Origin: Candidatus Thorarchaeota archaeon
GTDB lineage: Archaea > Asgardarchaeota > Thorarchaeia > Thorarchaeales > Thorarchaeaceae
NCBI GenBank assembly: GCA_048882325.1
Contig: JBHLRS010000013.1
Location: 25,375-89,374, forward strand
Reading direction: 5' to 3'
DNA length: 64,000 nucleotides
The notes beneath the pieces are model-generated. The model was not told where the DNA came from and did not search any database. It was given only the letters and a program-made list of their open reading frames with translations. Shown here one piece after another: positions 49,891 through 60,695 of the stretch. The stretch's first letter is position 1. Each line of letters opens with the position of its first letter. Both the position numbers and the translations under genes were made by a program.

Positions 49891-51044
49891 TCCTGCTTGA
49901 AGAATTCCGTCAACCTGTCAAATGCCTCATCAACTGCTTCAGGGGTCAGAGGACCTATGGATATTCGTAAATGGCCCTCGCCAGCATCACCAAAAATTGA
50001 ACCAGGTAGAATCAAAGTACCTGTAGATTGTAGAATGTCCATCACGAGCTTCTGTGAATCAGTACAGCCTTTCACTCGAGGGAATAGATAGAACGTTCCT
50101 TTTGTATAGACCTCTTCGAAAGCGTCAATCTCGCGCATTCGTAAGTATGCCAAGTCTCGTAGAAGAGCGAGTCGTTGTAACTCTTTTTCCACCGTATCAA
50201 GTCCCTTCTTAAGGACCTCCAGAGCAAGCATCTGCCCTGCTGTAGGCGCACAGATTGTGACTGTATCCTGTACTTTGAGAAATTCTGTTATGAATTCAGG
50301 AGGGCCAATAGTGAATCCTACACGCCAACCACTCATTCCGAAGTCCTTCGAGAAACTTCCTAGGGTTACGACATGGTTCTTGGCATCTCGACGAGATTGG
50401 GGACTGTAGTGAGTTGCATCATCGAAGACCAATCGAGAGTATGTTTCATCAGAAATTAGCATGATATCATGTTGAAGACATAGATCAACTATGCTGTCAA
50501 GTGTAGCTTTCTCATAGACAGCTCCTGTGGGATTGTTAGGAGTAATCATGAAGATTGCCCTTGTTCTCTTGTCTATTGCTGCTTCGATGGCCTCAACTCT
50601 TGGCTGAAATGAACTATCAGTTGACACTTGTTTAACCTCAGCTCCTGCAAGTTTCACAGCCATTACTGAGTTGAAGTAGTATGGAGTTGGCATGATGACA
50701 TTTTCTTTTGGGTTAACAAGGGTAAGAATAGTCCCTGCAAACGCGTTATTTGCGCCTGCTGCAATCACAATTTCATCCTGAGGGTTAGCATCAATTCCTG
50801 ATTTCTGTCGTAGGTATAGAGCTAGTTCTTCACGTAGCTCAAGAAGACCTTCATCAGGTGAATAGACATGAGTAGCGGGGTGTGAAATCCGTTCCTTTAG
50901 AGTTTGGAGTGCGTCATCGGGAGGAATGTGACCTGGAAGCCCCTGACCGAGATTCAAAAACCCAGGTGATTTGATGAATCTCTTTGCTGCTTCAGCTAGT
51001 TTGACGATAGGGGGAGGCATAATGTCTTCGGTACGGTATTTCAT
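49887..51044 (-). CDS. PLP-dependent aminotransferase class I/II
   Basis: NLGQGLP, PNNPTG, SDETY, SFSKDFGMSGWRVG; start reset to 51044. Confidence 0.92.
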   Translation of the reverse strand: MKYRTEDIMPPPIVKLAEAAKRFIKSPGFLNLGQGLPGHIPPDDALQTLKERISHPATHVYSPDEGLLELREELALYLRQKSGIDANPQDEIVIAAGANNAFAGTILTLVNPKENVIMPTPYYFNSVMAVKLAGAEVKQVSTDSSFQPRVEAIEAAIDKRTRAIFMITPNNPTGAVYEKATLDSIVDLCLQHDIMLISDETYSRLVFDDATHYSPQSRRDAKNHVVTLGSFSKDFGMSGWRVGFTIGPPEFITEFLKVQDTVTICAPTAGQMLALEVLKKGLDTVEKELQRLALLRDLAYLRMREIDAFEEVYTKGTFYLFPRVKGCTDSQKLVMDILQSTGTLILPGSIFGDAGEGHLRISIGPLTPEAVDEAFDRLTEFFKQD

Positions 51045-51165
51045 GATTGGTCCCGAGCCTACGCTAGCTAACAGTAACAGGGGACACGATATAACATTAC
51101 CTCCAACGAGAACTTGTTTAGTAACCGTTATATCCAGCATCTGTCGGCGATTCGATGTGGTCTAC

Positions 51166-52563
51166 ATGGATCAAGTGACTGAAGGAAGAAAAGAAGTTCA
51201 GCGTGCAGCTGGATTGTCGGTCTTAGCTGCTGCATTTCTTACAATTCTAAAACTAGTCACCGGATTCATCACAAATTCGCTTGGGATTCTATCTGAAGGT
51301 CTGCATAGTGGGCTAGATTTTGCAGCCGCTGGAATTACACTGGTTGCTGTACGTAGAGCTTCCAGAGCTCCAGATGAAGATCATCTCTATGGTCATGGTA
51401 AGATTGAAAATTTCGCCGCATTTGCTGAAACTATCATCTTGTGGATTACTTCAATCTGGATCATCTTGGAAGCATTACACAGAATCGAGGTTGAGAATTG
51501 GCCAAAGTCCTCAATCTGGGGCATTCTAATCATGGCAATTGGAGTCATAGTCACCTTTTCTCAGAGTCGAACACTATACCATGCGGCAGAGAAACATGGT
51601 AGTCAAGCACTTGAAGCAGATGCGCTTCATTTCAGAACAGACATGATAAGCTCTGTTGTTGTGCTGATGGGTCTAGGATTCGTCTGGGGAGGTCTTCCTA
51701 TTGCAGATCCCATAGCTGCTATCGGTGTAGCCATTATCATCTTCATTGTATCAGCGAGGCTTGGAAAGCGGACATTCGATGCTCTTACTGACAGAGCACC
51801 AGCAGGATTGCAAGAGGACATTATGCAAAGAGTGACCGAAGTGAAGGGTGTTGTCGACTGCATAAGGGTTCGAGCTCGACACTCAGGACCTGAGTTATTC
51901 GCAGACATTGTCGTAACTATAGATGAACACATTGCAACGGCTGAAGCTCACCTGATTGCTGAGGAGATAGAGAAGAAGCTTGTCGAACTGGCGCCTCGGG
52001 TTGATGTAGTGGTCCACATTGAACCAGCAGAAGGAGACATCTCGAAATTCTCTGAAATGAACATCTATGACCAGATGCAGGTTATTGCTCGAAGACTTCC
52101 TGAAGTACAGAGTGTTCACAATGTCAGAGTGTTTGAGATAGACGACTGTATGGATATTGCAGCTGACCTAGAAATGGCGGATGACTTGACATTAGAAGAA
52201 GCTCACTCAGTTTCTGACACGTATGAGGAACGACTGAGAGATTTAGTCGGAAGTTGCATAAATACAGTGACGTTACATCTGGAAACAATCATGACAAAGG
52301 ATGAAGGTGGAGATATTACGATGGAGTCATCAGATATTATCGAGTCAGTAAAAGAGATTGTAGCGAGGTTCTCACCACCAGTAAATTTCAGACATGCTCA
52401 GATTCGAGAAGAGAAGGAAGGTGTTTCAGTTCTGCTATATTGCACTATCCCTGGTCAGATAACACTCACAGAAAGCCATGAACATGCTGAAGCAATAGAG
52501 AAGAGAATCATGGAACAGCTCGAAACTGTCAAGTCTGTATTCATTCATTTCGACCCGGTATGA
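51166..52563 (+). CDS. Cation diffusion facilitator with three C-terminal dimerisation domains
   Basis: EGLHSGLD, HLYGHGKIE, ADALHFRTD; three repeats ending HIEP, HLET and HFDP. Confidence 0.9.
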   Translation: MDQVTEGRKEVQRAAGLSVLAAAFLTILKLVTGFITNSLGILSEGLHSGLDFAAAGITLVAVRRASRAPDEDHLYGHGKIENFAAFAETIILWITSIWIILEALHRIEVENWPKSSIWGILIMAIGVIVTFSQSRTLYHAAEKHGSQALEADALHFRTDMISSVVVLMGLGFVWGGLPIADPIAAIGVAIIIFIVSARLGKRTFDALTDRAPAGLQEDIMQRVTEVKGVVDCIRVRARHSGPELFADIVVTIDEHIATAEAHLIAEEIEKKLVELAPRVDVVVHIEPAEGDISKFSEMNIYDQMQVIARRLPEVQSVHNVRVFEIDDCMDIAADLEMADDLTLEEAHSVSDTYEERLRDLVGSCINTVTLHLETIMTKDEGGDITMESSDIIESVKEIVARFSPPVNFRHAQIREEKEGVSVLLYCTIPGQITLTESHEHAEAIEKRIMEQLETVKSVFIHFDPV

Positions 52564-52587
52564 CCCAAGCTTAATATTTGACCACGA

Positions 52588-53394
52588 TTGATGGCAGTAC
52601 GAGGTTCTGGAAAGATGGACGAAGATTGTGCAGTAAAGATACTTGGAGCCCCCGAGGCCCAAGTCATTCAGACAAAAGAGATTGAGATGGATCAACCTCT
52701 GCTTGTATGTTGTTTTCCGTCGGCAGGAGTTGTGGGAACAATAGCCGCCAACACTCTAATCGAGAAGTTTGAGATGGAGGAGGTAGCTCATGTAAGGTCG
52801 CGATATATGCCATCAGCTGCTGTCTTCCTAGATGGTCGTCTAAGGCATCCCTTTAGAATTTATGGACACAAGGAGAAGAACCTGCTTGTTGTGACTGCAG
52901 AGCTTCCAGTGGCTGACGATGGTCTGTATCCTGTGAGCTCGGCCCTTCTGGATTGGGGTGCATCAGTAGGAGCAAGAGAAACCGTAATTCTTGATGGAAT
53001 TCCGGTACAAGGCCTACCATCAGATCGCAAAGTTCTGTACGCTGCTGAGGAAGAAAAGATTGCTGAACTTGAAGAAGATGAAAACATGGAAATTCTAACA
53101 AAAGGAGTCATCACTGGCATAGCTGGTTCAATTCTCTCTGAAACCCTGTGTCGGGACATGATTGGATTTGCTTTACTTACACCAGCGATAGCAATGGTAC
53201 CAGACCCTGAAGGCGCAGTCCAACTTCTCGAGGCATTGAATAGACTCTATAAAGTAGGAGTAGATGTATCAGAACTCAAAACCAGTGCGGCTGAAATACG
53301 TAAGAAAATGGAAGACATGGCACAGCAGGTTGAAGGACTCAGAAGGCAGCAACCCGGTGCAGGTCGATCAGGTTATGAGAGAATGTATGCTTGA
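52588..53394 (+). CDS. PAC2 family proteasome assembly chaperone
   Basis: FPSAGVVGTIAA, HPFRIY, GVITGIAG, PDPEGA. Confidence 0.85.
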   Translation: MMAVRGSGKMDEDCAVKILGAPEAQVIQTKEIEMDQPLLVCCFPSAGVVGTIAANTLIEKFEMEEVAHVRSRYMPSAAVFLDGRLRHPFRIYGHKEKNLLVVTAELPVADDGLYPVSSALLDWGASVGARETVILDGIPVQGLPSDRKVLYAAEEEKIAELEEDENMEILTKGVITGIAGSILSETLCRDMIGFALLTPAIAMVPDPEGAVQLLEALNRLYKVGVDVSELKTSAAEIRKKMEDMAQQVEGLRRQQPGAGRSGYERMYA

Positions 53395-53397
53395 AGA

Positions 53398-53955
53398 TTA
53401 GTCAGTACAGGTGTCATATGCCTCTTTGGCACCCTTTGCGTTTCGCTCTCCCACCTTTCCAGACCACTTCTCGCAGATGACTTTCTGGACAGTTTCCAGC
53501 TTTACGAGATCCGTTGCCTTTGCGAATGCACCGAGCATAGTGGTGTTAATGACTGGAAGTCCTCCTACGAGTAGTCCGTTCTTTAGAGCAATTCCAGTTC
53601 CATCATAGGTATAGACATGGCCCATCGGGAGGTTAATCTCATTAGCTTTCTTTGGAGTGTTTATGATAACCTTACCGTTCTCTACAAGACCCTCCGTGAC
53701 ATCAATCAAATCAAGTATTGAGGAATCAAGGACAGCGACGATATCTGGAGTGTATATCTGGCTCCTCACGTTAATCTCCTCATCTGCAATTCGTGTAAAA
53801 GCCTTTACAGGGGCTCCACGGCGTTCAGCACCAAAATATGGAAAAGCTTGGACACCCTTGTATCCGTCAATATATGCGGCCTTTGCGAGAAGTTCTGCGG
53901 ACGTCACTCCACCTTGTCCACCGCGACCATGCCAACGAATTTCAATCATCTTCAT
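53398..53955 (-). CDS. porG: Pyruvate/2-oxoacid:ferredoxin oxidoreductase gamma subunit
   Basis: EIRWHGRGGQGGVT, FGAERRGAPV, NTTMLGA. Confidence 0.92.
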   Translation of the reverse strand: MKMIEIRWHGRGGQGGVTSAELLAKAAYIDGYKGVQAFPYFGAERRGAPVKAFTRIADEEINVRSQIYTPDIVAVLDSSILDLIDVTEGLVENGKVIINTPKKANEINLPMGHVYTYDGTGIALKNGLLVGGLPVINTTMLGAFAKATDLVKLETVQKVICEKWSGKVGERNAKGAKEAYDTCTD

Positions 53956-54047
53956 ATGAAGGACTCCTGAGAATCGACCCTGTTGTCTGACCTTGGGCCA
54001 CATCGGCCAAACATAACCTTTACGTTCGCACAACTTGTCCAGAATAG

Positions 54048-54869
54048 GTGAACAATATGGATGACTACATGAAAGCCAACAGAGAACTCTGGAACAAACT
54101 GGCTAGGATACACCACAAGTCAGAGTTCTATGATGTTGACGGGTTTCTAAAAGGAAATCAGACATTAGATCCAATTGAACTCGAAGAGCTCCCAGAGCTG
54201 AAAGGAAGGACTCTCTTACATCTCCAGTGTCACTTTGGAATGGACACGCTATCATTGGCAAGATTGGGTGCTGATGTAACAGGAGTCGACTTTTCCTCCG
54301 AGGCAATTGAGCTGGCAATTGAGTTGAGTAAGACTGCGAATATTGATGCGAAATTTGTCTGTACAAATATCTACGACCTTCGTGAGAAACTAAATGGAAA
54401 ATTCGATATTGTCTTCACATCAGGTGGAGTCATCATGTGGCTCCCAGACCTCAAGGAATGGGCTCGGATAATCGCTCATTTCCTCAAACCCGGGGGGATA
54501 TTTTACATTCGAGAGTTTCATCCATTTGGCTATGTGTTCGATGACGATGAAGATGTGACAGATCTTCGAGTTAGGTACCCATACTTTCAGGGCAAAAATC
54601 CATTGAGCTTCGAGGATGAGGGCACATATGCTGACAAGAGTGCCAAGACGGGAAAGATGCGGTCATACGAGTGGAACCACTCCTTCTCCGAGATAATCAA
54701 CGTCCTCATAGATGTTGGACTCACCATCGAGTTCTTGCACGAGTTTCCTATGACGACGTTCAAAGCCCTACCATTCATGATTGAGAAAGAAGCAGGCAGA
54801 TGGTTCTTGCCAGATGAGGAGGACAAGGTTCCTTTCATGTTCTCGCTCAAAGCAGCAAAACGAGAGTAA
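54048..54869 (+). CDS. Class I SAM-dependent methyltransferase
   Basis: LLHLQCHFGMD, GVDFS, FDIVFTS, LKPGG. Confidence 0.9.
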   Translation: MNNMDDYMKANRELWNKLARIHHKSEFYDVDGFLKGNQTLDPIELEELPELKGRTLLHLQCHFGMDTLSLARLGADVTGVDFSSEAIELAIELSKTANIDAKFVCTNIYDLREKLNGKFDIVFTSGGVIMWLPDLKEWARIIAHFLKPGGIFYIREFHPFGYVFDDDEDVTDLRVRYPYFQGKNPLSFEDEGTYADKSAKTGKMRSYEWNHSFSEIINVLIDVGLTIEFLHEFPMTTFKALPFMIEKEAGRWFLPDEEDKVPFMFSLKAAKRE

Positions 54870-56237
54870 TCAAGCGACTTCTCGAAGAGCCTTAACCACT
54901 CCATCTGCTGACTGGGCAGCTTGTTGAAGCCCTACACCAGATCCAGCTGTGTCTGTTCCAACTATATAGAGACCACTGATTGGAGTTCGTGGCCCTGGTC
55001 GGTCCAGATCAGTCTGGCCCGGAATCAGTGCAGCCCGCGTGGCATATGACATCTGTACATGTTCCATCTCTATGTGATCCAAGATACCAGGATGATACTC
55101 ACCTAGCCCATTGCCTTTCATGATCTTAACCATCTCATCCTTACTCTTCCCGGGGATTGCCATCATAGCGATGCCGATCAGCTCCTTACCTTCAGGAGCA
55201 CAGCTAGGATCGAAACTAGAGATTGACACAATCCACCGATTAGGAGTAGGATGAACCAGAACTCGATTCTTTCTGTCACCCAATACAATCTTGCCAAGAC
55301 CGAGCCAGAGGGTGATTCCTTGAGTTGGTTGCATAGTGCTCCATTTGCTAAAGAACTCTGCAGTCTTGGTGTCGGTAGACCTCACAATTTCTGGCATTGC
55401 CCAAAGTGGAATATTACTAACGATTTTGTTGTGCATCAGTTTCTTGCCAGCAACATCGCACCCAGTGACAGTACCATTCTCTTCATGAATTTGTTCGACA
55501 GGAGCTTCAAGTATATAGTCCCCATTGATTGTTTGAATCACTCTCTTGATGAGTTCCTCCATGCCGCCAATTACATAACCCTCATCATAATCCCTTGAAC
55601 CGAATAACAGTTTCTTAACAGATCCAAGTTTGGATGACTCTTTATCAGTGTCCTTTAGCGTTCGTAGCGCCTCATAAGCTGAAGCTTCAGATATTGGAAC
55701 ACCGGCGGCCATGTAGATAGCACTCTGCATCACATCTAGCATAATCTGATTTGTTGCTCCTCTAGATTGCATGAACTCAAGAAAAGAGATGTCCTTGTAT
55801 CTCTGCATCTCCTCAAGCTTCATGGTCTTGATCTTGGCACCAATACGAGCCAATCCCAGACGACCTCTCCAATCAGTCAGCGGCCACCGGAGTGTTTCTC
55901 CAACACTGGAGGGAATTGTACCAACCTTATCACAAACACGGAACTCCCAGCCCTCATGGAGGACGAACTCTGGTGGTGGTGAAAGGTAATCTTTGAGAAA
56001 TCGAACAAAGGCACCTCTAGTGACCCGAGTGATGACATGGAGTCCTTGGTCAACGCGATAGCCATCTACCCAGTAACTGTGCCAAACTCCACCAAGACGA
56101 TTAGCCTTCTCCAAAATCAGTACACGTTTTCCTTCTGCAGTCAAGGCTAGTGCAGTTAGAAGACCTCCAGCTCCTCCACCAGCAATCACAACGTCATAGG
56201 AGGAACTGTCGACTTGGTCCAGGGTAATCTTTTGCAT
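54870..56237 (-). CDS. FAD-dependent oxidoreductase (phytoene desaturase/amine oxidase family)
   Basis: IAGGGAGGL, LEK..RLGG, DQGLH, TPISGLYIVG. Confidence 0.85.
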   Translation of the reverse strand: MQKITLDQVDSSSYDVVIAGGGAGGLLTALALTAEGKRVLILEKANRLGGVWHSYWVDGYRVDQGLHVITRVTRGAFVRFLKDYLSPPPEFVLHEGWEFRVCDKVGTIPSSVGETLRWPLTDWRGRLGLARIGAKIKTMKLEEMQRYKDISFLEFMQSRGATNQIMLDVMQSAIYMAAGVPISEASAYEALRTLKDTDKESSKLGSVKKLLFGSRDYDEGYVIGGMEELIKRVIQTINGDYILEAPVEQIHEENGTVTGCDVAGKKLMHNKIVSNIPLWAMPEIVRSTDTKTAEFFSKWSTMQPTQGITLWLGLGKIVLGDRKNRVLVHPTPNRWIVSISSFDPSCAPEGKELIGIAMMAIPGKSKDEMVKIMKGNGLGEYHPGILDHIEMEHVQMSYATRAALIPGQTDLDRPGPRTPISGLYIVGTDTAGSGVGLQQAAQSADGVVKALREVA

Positions 56238-56292
56238 TGCTGAACTCGTCTTCGAGGTCTATTCATGTCTACTTAAGGATGTCCAATACTCC

Positions 56293-57399
56293 TTATAGAA
56301 TATCAATAGGAGTCTTCTTGTTTGCAGACTCATAAGCAGCATCTACAACTTGATGTGCAGAAACAGCCTCATGAAAGTTGGGTGATGGGGTTTCACCTGA
56401 TTGGACTGCTTTTAGAAATGAATAGCTTAATGCTAGATGTTTGTTTATTCCCGCATCTGAGATTGGCTTGTGTATGTCAATGGCAAGATTGTTTGAAGAG
56501 AGGTTTAAATGTTCGAGGAGAACCTCTCTGGCATTCTCTGAGTGGATTCTGACCTGTCCTTCTCCCTGAAGATGGTAGTCCAGATATGTGTCTCCGGATT
56601 CCAATGTGATTCCGATGTAACCCTTGGCGAAGAAGAACTCAACCTTTCGTTCATCTGGTCGATCTAATCGGTGCCAAAGTAAGTCAAGCGTACTGGTTGC
56701 TCCATTTTCATGAAGCATGATCAGGGAGGCTTGGTCTTCAATTCCTTTCTCCCCGTAAAAACCGACTTGAGCAAATACATTAGCAATATCACCAAAGAGC
56801 CAAATGAGGACGTCAATATCTTGGATTCCTTGATGTAACAGAATGCCGCCTCCCGGTACCTCTGTATCACCTCGCCACTGCGCGTAGTCTTCTTGACCCA
56901 GAGGAAATTGTTGGTCATCGCGAATGTGAGCGAGAAGTGGTTTTCCAAAGTCATACTTCTCAATCAAGCGTTTAGTGTATAGCAAGAATGGATCATATCG
57001 GAGCATAAGACCTGCACTTGTTGGGACAGACGAATCTAAAGCAACCGCATTGAGTTCTCGAACCTGCGGGCAGCTATGGGCAAGTGGTTTTTCACAAAAA
57101 ATCGCTTTGTTTGCTCGAGCTGCTTCCTTAACCATTTCAATATGCTTACTTGTAGGAGTGCAAACATAGACAATATCCACATTCTCATCATTGATGAGAG
57201 CAACATGGTCTTCATACACACTAGGGACATCGAACTCTTTCGCAGTCTTCTTTAGTTTCACAGTATCGATATCACTTACTGCATTAATCTCAATATTCAG
57301 CAGCCCTGATTCTTTCAGAGACCTCAACGCAGAAAGATGCTTGCGCCCAGATTTCCCTATCCCGATGAGTCCAAGCCTTAGTTCTGCTTCTTTGCTCAA
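56293..57399 (-). CDS. Gfo/Idh/MocA family oxidoreductase
   Basis: GLIGIGKSG, CTPT..H, FCEKPL, GGGIL. Confidence 0.9.
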   Translation of the reverse strand: MSKEAELRLGLIGIGKSGRKHLSALRSLKESGLLNIEINAVSDIDTVKLKKTAKEFDVPSVYEDHVALINDENVDIVYVCTPTSKHIEMVKEAARANKAIFCEKPLAHSCPQVRELNAVALDSSVPTSAGLMLRYDPFLLYTKRLIEKYDFGKPLLAHIRDDQQFPLGQEDYAQWRGDTEVPGGGILLHQGIQDIDVLIWLFGDIANVFAQVGFYGEKGIEDQASLIMLHENGATSTLDLLWHRLDRPDERKVEFFFAKGYIGITLESGDTYLDYHLQGEGQVRIHSENAREVLLEHLNLSSNNLAIDIHKPISDAGINKHLALSYSFLKAVQSGETPSPNFHEAVSAHQVVDAAYESANKKTPIDIL

Positions 57400-57538
57400 T
57401 GGGTTTCAACTACCAATCTCATAGAGAGGAACGATGATATTTGAGTGTTCTGAGAATAATATGAGAGTTATTGAATCATCACGACAACTATTATCTGACA
57501 ATTGAATCCTATAACGTAAGAATCGAGGAGACCCTACT

Positions 57539-59341
57539 TTGACGACAGACGATGATATCCTGAAAGAAGCAAGGAATGCAATTAAGGAGGGTAATAAAGA
57601 ACAAGGGGCAAAGCTCCTCCTTGCTTATGCTAGTCGTCTTGCTAAACAAGAGGAGAATGAAACAGCAGCCAAAATCTATGAGGAGGCCGCTGTAGTCTAT
57701 CGGGATCTGTATAACGCTGATGAAGCCTTCAATGCATATGATAATGCCACATTGATGCTTGTTCGTCTACCTCAAAGCACAGAAGTTTTTCAGGAAATAG
57801 TTCGAATCAGCAAAGACGCCGCCAAGATTGCTGAAGAGGCAAGTGAATTCAAAAAAGCAGCAGACTACTACTTCAGAGCACAGGATTTCGTAGATTCTGA
57901 TGGGGAAAAAAATGAACTAAATATCATAGCTGCGGACGCATTGGAGAATCTAGCTGACATTAAGGAAGAAAATGAGGACTTTGCGGAAGCTGTGAGTCTT
58001 CTCCGTAAGGTGAGTCGTTTATACTACACCGGAGGCGATGATGAGCTCGGTGAGAGAATCAATGATCGTGCATCTCGCCTTGCTCGAAAGTGGGCGAATA
58101 TCGCTAAAGCAAAAGGAGATTATCTGTCAGCAGGTAACGCTCTTGCTGAAGCAGCACAGATTATGGACACTGGAGAGAACACTGAAGCAGCGCGGATAAT
58201 GATGGAAGCAGGAGAGCTGTATGAGGCTGCAGAACTATTTGAAAAGGCAGGCAACATCTATGATGCAGCTCAGGAGAATTACAAGCTTCAAAGATTGACA
58301 TCAGCGAGAAATCAAGCTATGTCTAAAGCTGCTGAAGCATACCTAAAAACTCAAGGAACTCCTGAAGCAGTAGCACCGCTTCTTGTCAAAGGTGGAAACA
58401 TGTTTCTTGAGATTGGTCGTCCAATGAAGGCCAAATGGGCATTCAAGAGAGGAAATGAACTCTTTGGTGAACTTGCAGAGAAGGCCAAATCACAACGTGA
58501 CACGGAATCTGAAATGAAATACTATCGATTCCAAGCGATGTGTTTGGAAAAGTGGGGTGAGCGAGGTGAGTCAGAGAAGCTCTACAAGCAAGTCATTGAC
58601 CACTATCTTCTACAAGCAACCAAAGAAGAAGAAAACGACAACAAGGAGCTTCAAGCGTTAGCCCTAGAGGAGGCTGCTGAGGTTCTTAATGAGTCTGGAA
58701 ATGAAACAGAAGCAAACAAACATCTAGAGCGTGCAATAGAACTCTATGTTGAACTCGCGGATGCGTCATCAACCTCAGGAGATTCGGAAAGCGGATCCAA
58801 ATTATACAGTAAGGCTGCAGAATGCGCCTTAAAACTTGGAAACAATGATAGGTTTGAGTCATTTCGTTGGGTGGCAAGTGAGAAGGCTGAGAATGCAGCG
58901 GAGTATTATCAAGAGCTTGGAGTTCCTGAATTAGCAACGATCTGGATTCGTACTGCAGGGATGGAGGCATTGGTGACAAAATCACCAGAGATGTTAGAGA
59001 GAGCCATTATAATGCTCACGAAATCTGGAGAGGGATTTAAGGTGGCAAACGAACCCAAAGAAGCGTTTGAGGATTTCTTCACTGTTTTTGAAACACGCTT
59101 CATGCACTATCCAGAGAAGAAGCGATCTATTAAAGAAACAATCAAGATGATGGATGAGATGGCAGTAGCCACTCAAGATGAGGTAATGCTAGCTTTGATG
59201 TCCTTGGTTCGTGCTCTTAATGCTGGAAACCATATCGGAGCGCTTCTCATTCTTCAAGAGAATGAAGAGGCTTTGTTAGATAAAGCAGAGAGAATTCGTG
59301 CGATGATTGCACAGTCGAAGAGCGTACGACCAGTGAAGTAG
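57539..59341 (+). CDS. alpha-SNAP/TPR-like helical repeat protein (600 aa)
   Basis: Many A..Y..AA repeats (AAKIYEEAA, AGELYEAA, LYSKAAECA). Confidence 0.75.
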   Translation: MTTDDDILKEARNAIKEGNKEQGAKLLLAYASRLAKQEENETAAKIYEEAAVVYRDLYNADEAFNAYDNATLMLVRLPQSTEVFQEIVRISKDAAKIAEEASEFKKAADYYFRAQDFVDSDGEKNELNIIAADALENLADIKEENEDFAEAVSLLRKVSRLYYTGGDDELGERINDRASRLARKWANIAKAKGDYLSAGNALAEAAQIMDTGENTEAARIMMEAGELYEAAELFEKAGNIYDAAQENYKLQRLTSARNQAMSKAAEAYLKTQGTPEAVAPLLVKGGNMFLEIGRPMKAKWAFKRGNELFGELAEKAKSQRDTESEMKYYRFQAMCLEKWGERGESEKLYKQVIDHYLLQATKEEENDNKELQALALEEAAEVLNESGNETEANKHLERAIELYVELADASSTSGDSESGSKLYSKAAECALKLGNNDRFESFRWVASEKAENAAEYYQELGVPELATIWIRTAGMEALVTKSPEMLERAIIMLTKSGEGFKVANEPKEAFEDFFTVFETRFMHYPEKKRSIKETIKMMDEMAVATQDEVMLALMSLVRALNAGNHIGALLILQENEEALLDKAERIRAMIAQSKSVRPVK

Positions 59342-59407
59342 AGGACTGATGGAAGACGGAAATGTTTTTTCTCCACTAGTCAGCATACATCAAACAGGTG
59401 AGTTGAC

Positions 59408-59827
59408 TTGAGTACACATAGTGAGAGTATTTCATTTGACACTAGAGGAGACTGCGACATGATAGACATCACTCTGGCAGTTGAGGAAGCTGTGACTAAG
59501 AGCGGTCTGAATACAGGTATCTGCACAGTTTTCTGTACTGGTTCTACTGGATCAATAACAACGATAGAGTATGAGAATGGACTCTTGAAGGACTTTCCAG
59601 TAGCAATGGAAAGAATCGCTCCGACTGATGCAGTGTATGAACATCATTTGAGATGGCGTGATGGAAATGGACACTCTCATGTTAGAGCATCAATTCTTGG
59701 TCCTAGTCTGACTGTGCCTTTCGTCAATGGAAGACTGACACTGGGCACATGGCAGCAAATAACATTCATTGACTTTGACAATAAGCCTAGAAACAGAAGA
59801 CTTGAGGTTGTAATCATCGGCGAGTAA
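59408..59827 (+). CDS. yjbQ: YjbQ/UPF0047 family protein
   Basis: DIT, YEHH..DGNGHSH, LGTWQ, DFD. Confidence 0.92.
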   Translation: MSTHSESISFDTRGDCDMIDITLAVEEAVTKSGLNTGICTVFCTGSTGSITTIEYENGLLKDFPVAMERIAPTDAVYEHHLRWRDGNGHSHVRASILGPSLTVPFVNGRLTLGTWQQITFIDFDNKPRNRRLEVVIIGE

Positions 59828-60097
59828 TCACGGTAGGTCAAGGTCGTTGTGTAAATCCCAAGAGAGTTTCCGCATACTTGGGCTCTGAGGCGTGGAGTCT
59901 CTGATCTTCAAAGCGAGATAATGAATTCTTAATGCTCGGCGAAGACGATGAATCTGAAATGGAGCATTCCAAGTTGGAGTTGGATTTCGATATCCAAAGG
60001 AATCCATCAAGTCTCTGATGGTGTCCAACTCTTTCTTTACCTGAGTCTTGATTTCATCCAAGTCTCGTTGAATTGTGAGTTCGGGTCTATCTGTCAA
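59828..60097 (-). CDS. Hypothetical protein
   Basis: 89-aa ORF downstream of nob1 on the same strand. Confidence 0.5.
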   Translation of the reverse strand: MTDRPELTIQRDLDEIKTQVKKELDTIRDLMDSFGYRNPTPTWNAPFQIHRLRRALRIHYLALKIRDSTPQSPSMRKLSWDLHNDLDLP

Positions 60098-60170
60098 GCA
60101 AGAGAACTCTCCAACACTCGTCCTCCCAATGTTGCCATATTACATGATGTAAGACCCAAGTATTACCTAC

Positions 60171-60695
60171 TTAGGCCTTCTTTTGCCTCTTTAAAGGCAC
60201 TTTTTTCATGGATGTCCCGCACACGGGACATTCGTTATCGCGCGAAGGTCCATCTGATTTGTATTGACAGGCTGGACACTTCATCCCCCAAGTTATCATC
60301 TGTTTGAATTTTCCTGAGGGATCAATGAAAGGGATACTCAAATGACTGGCAATGTTCAAAACCGCAAAGTCTGTAGATACTAGTTCTACATTCTCCCCTA
60401 CATTCTGTAGCATCAATGCTAAGGCTACAAGTTCGGTGTCAGCAGTAGAGAGGGTGTTACTATCACCAGAGCGTGTGGCGGTCTGGTTAGTCTGTTCAAC
60501 ATAGGTGTCTTCAGGATTAACTACTCTCATTCGGTCCAGCAGAAGCATAATTTCTGCTCGAAGCTTACTTCTTCTATTCCTTATTTCAACCATTATGCTG
60601 CTTGTTGTGACAATAGTTGCATCAGCTATCTTCATAGCCCAAGTGGTAAACAGGACTCCTGCATCTACTACATAGACCTGTGACATATGTGTCAC
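60171..60695 (-). CDS. nob1: Nob1-type PIN endonuclease with Zn ribbon
   Basis: VVDAG, LSTADTELVALA, STDFAVLN, CPAC...CPVCG. Confidence 0.88.
   Translation of the reverse strand: MTHMSQVYVVDAGVLFTTWAMKIADATIVTTSSIMVEIRNRRSKLRAEIMLLLDRMRVVNPEDTYVEQTNQTATRSGDSNTLSTADTELVALALMLQNVGENVELVSTDFAVLNIASHLSIPFIDPSGKFKQMITWGMKCPACQYKSDGPSRDNECPVCGTSMKKVPLKRQKKA

Noticed and set aside
54870-56237. Rab GDI/REP homologue
   Set aside because: Intact FAD-binding and desaturase-type terminal motifs point to an ordinary flavoenzyme; the shared fold alone is insufficient.
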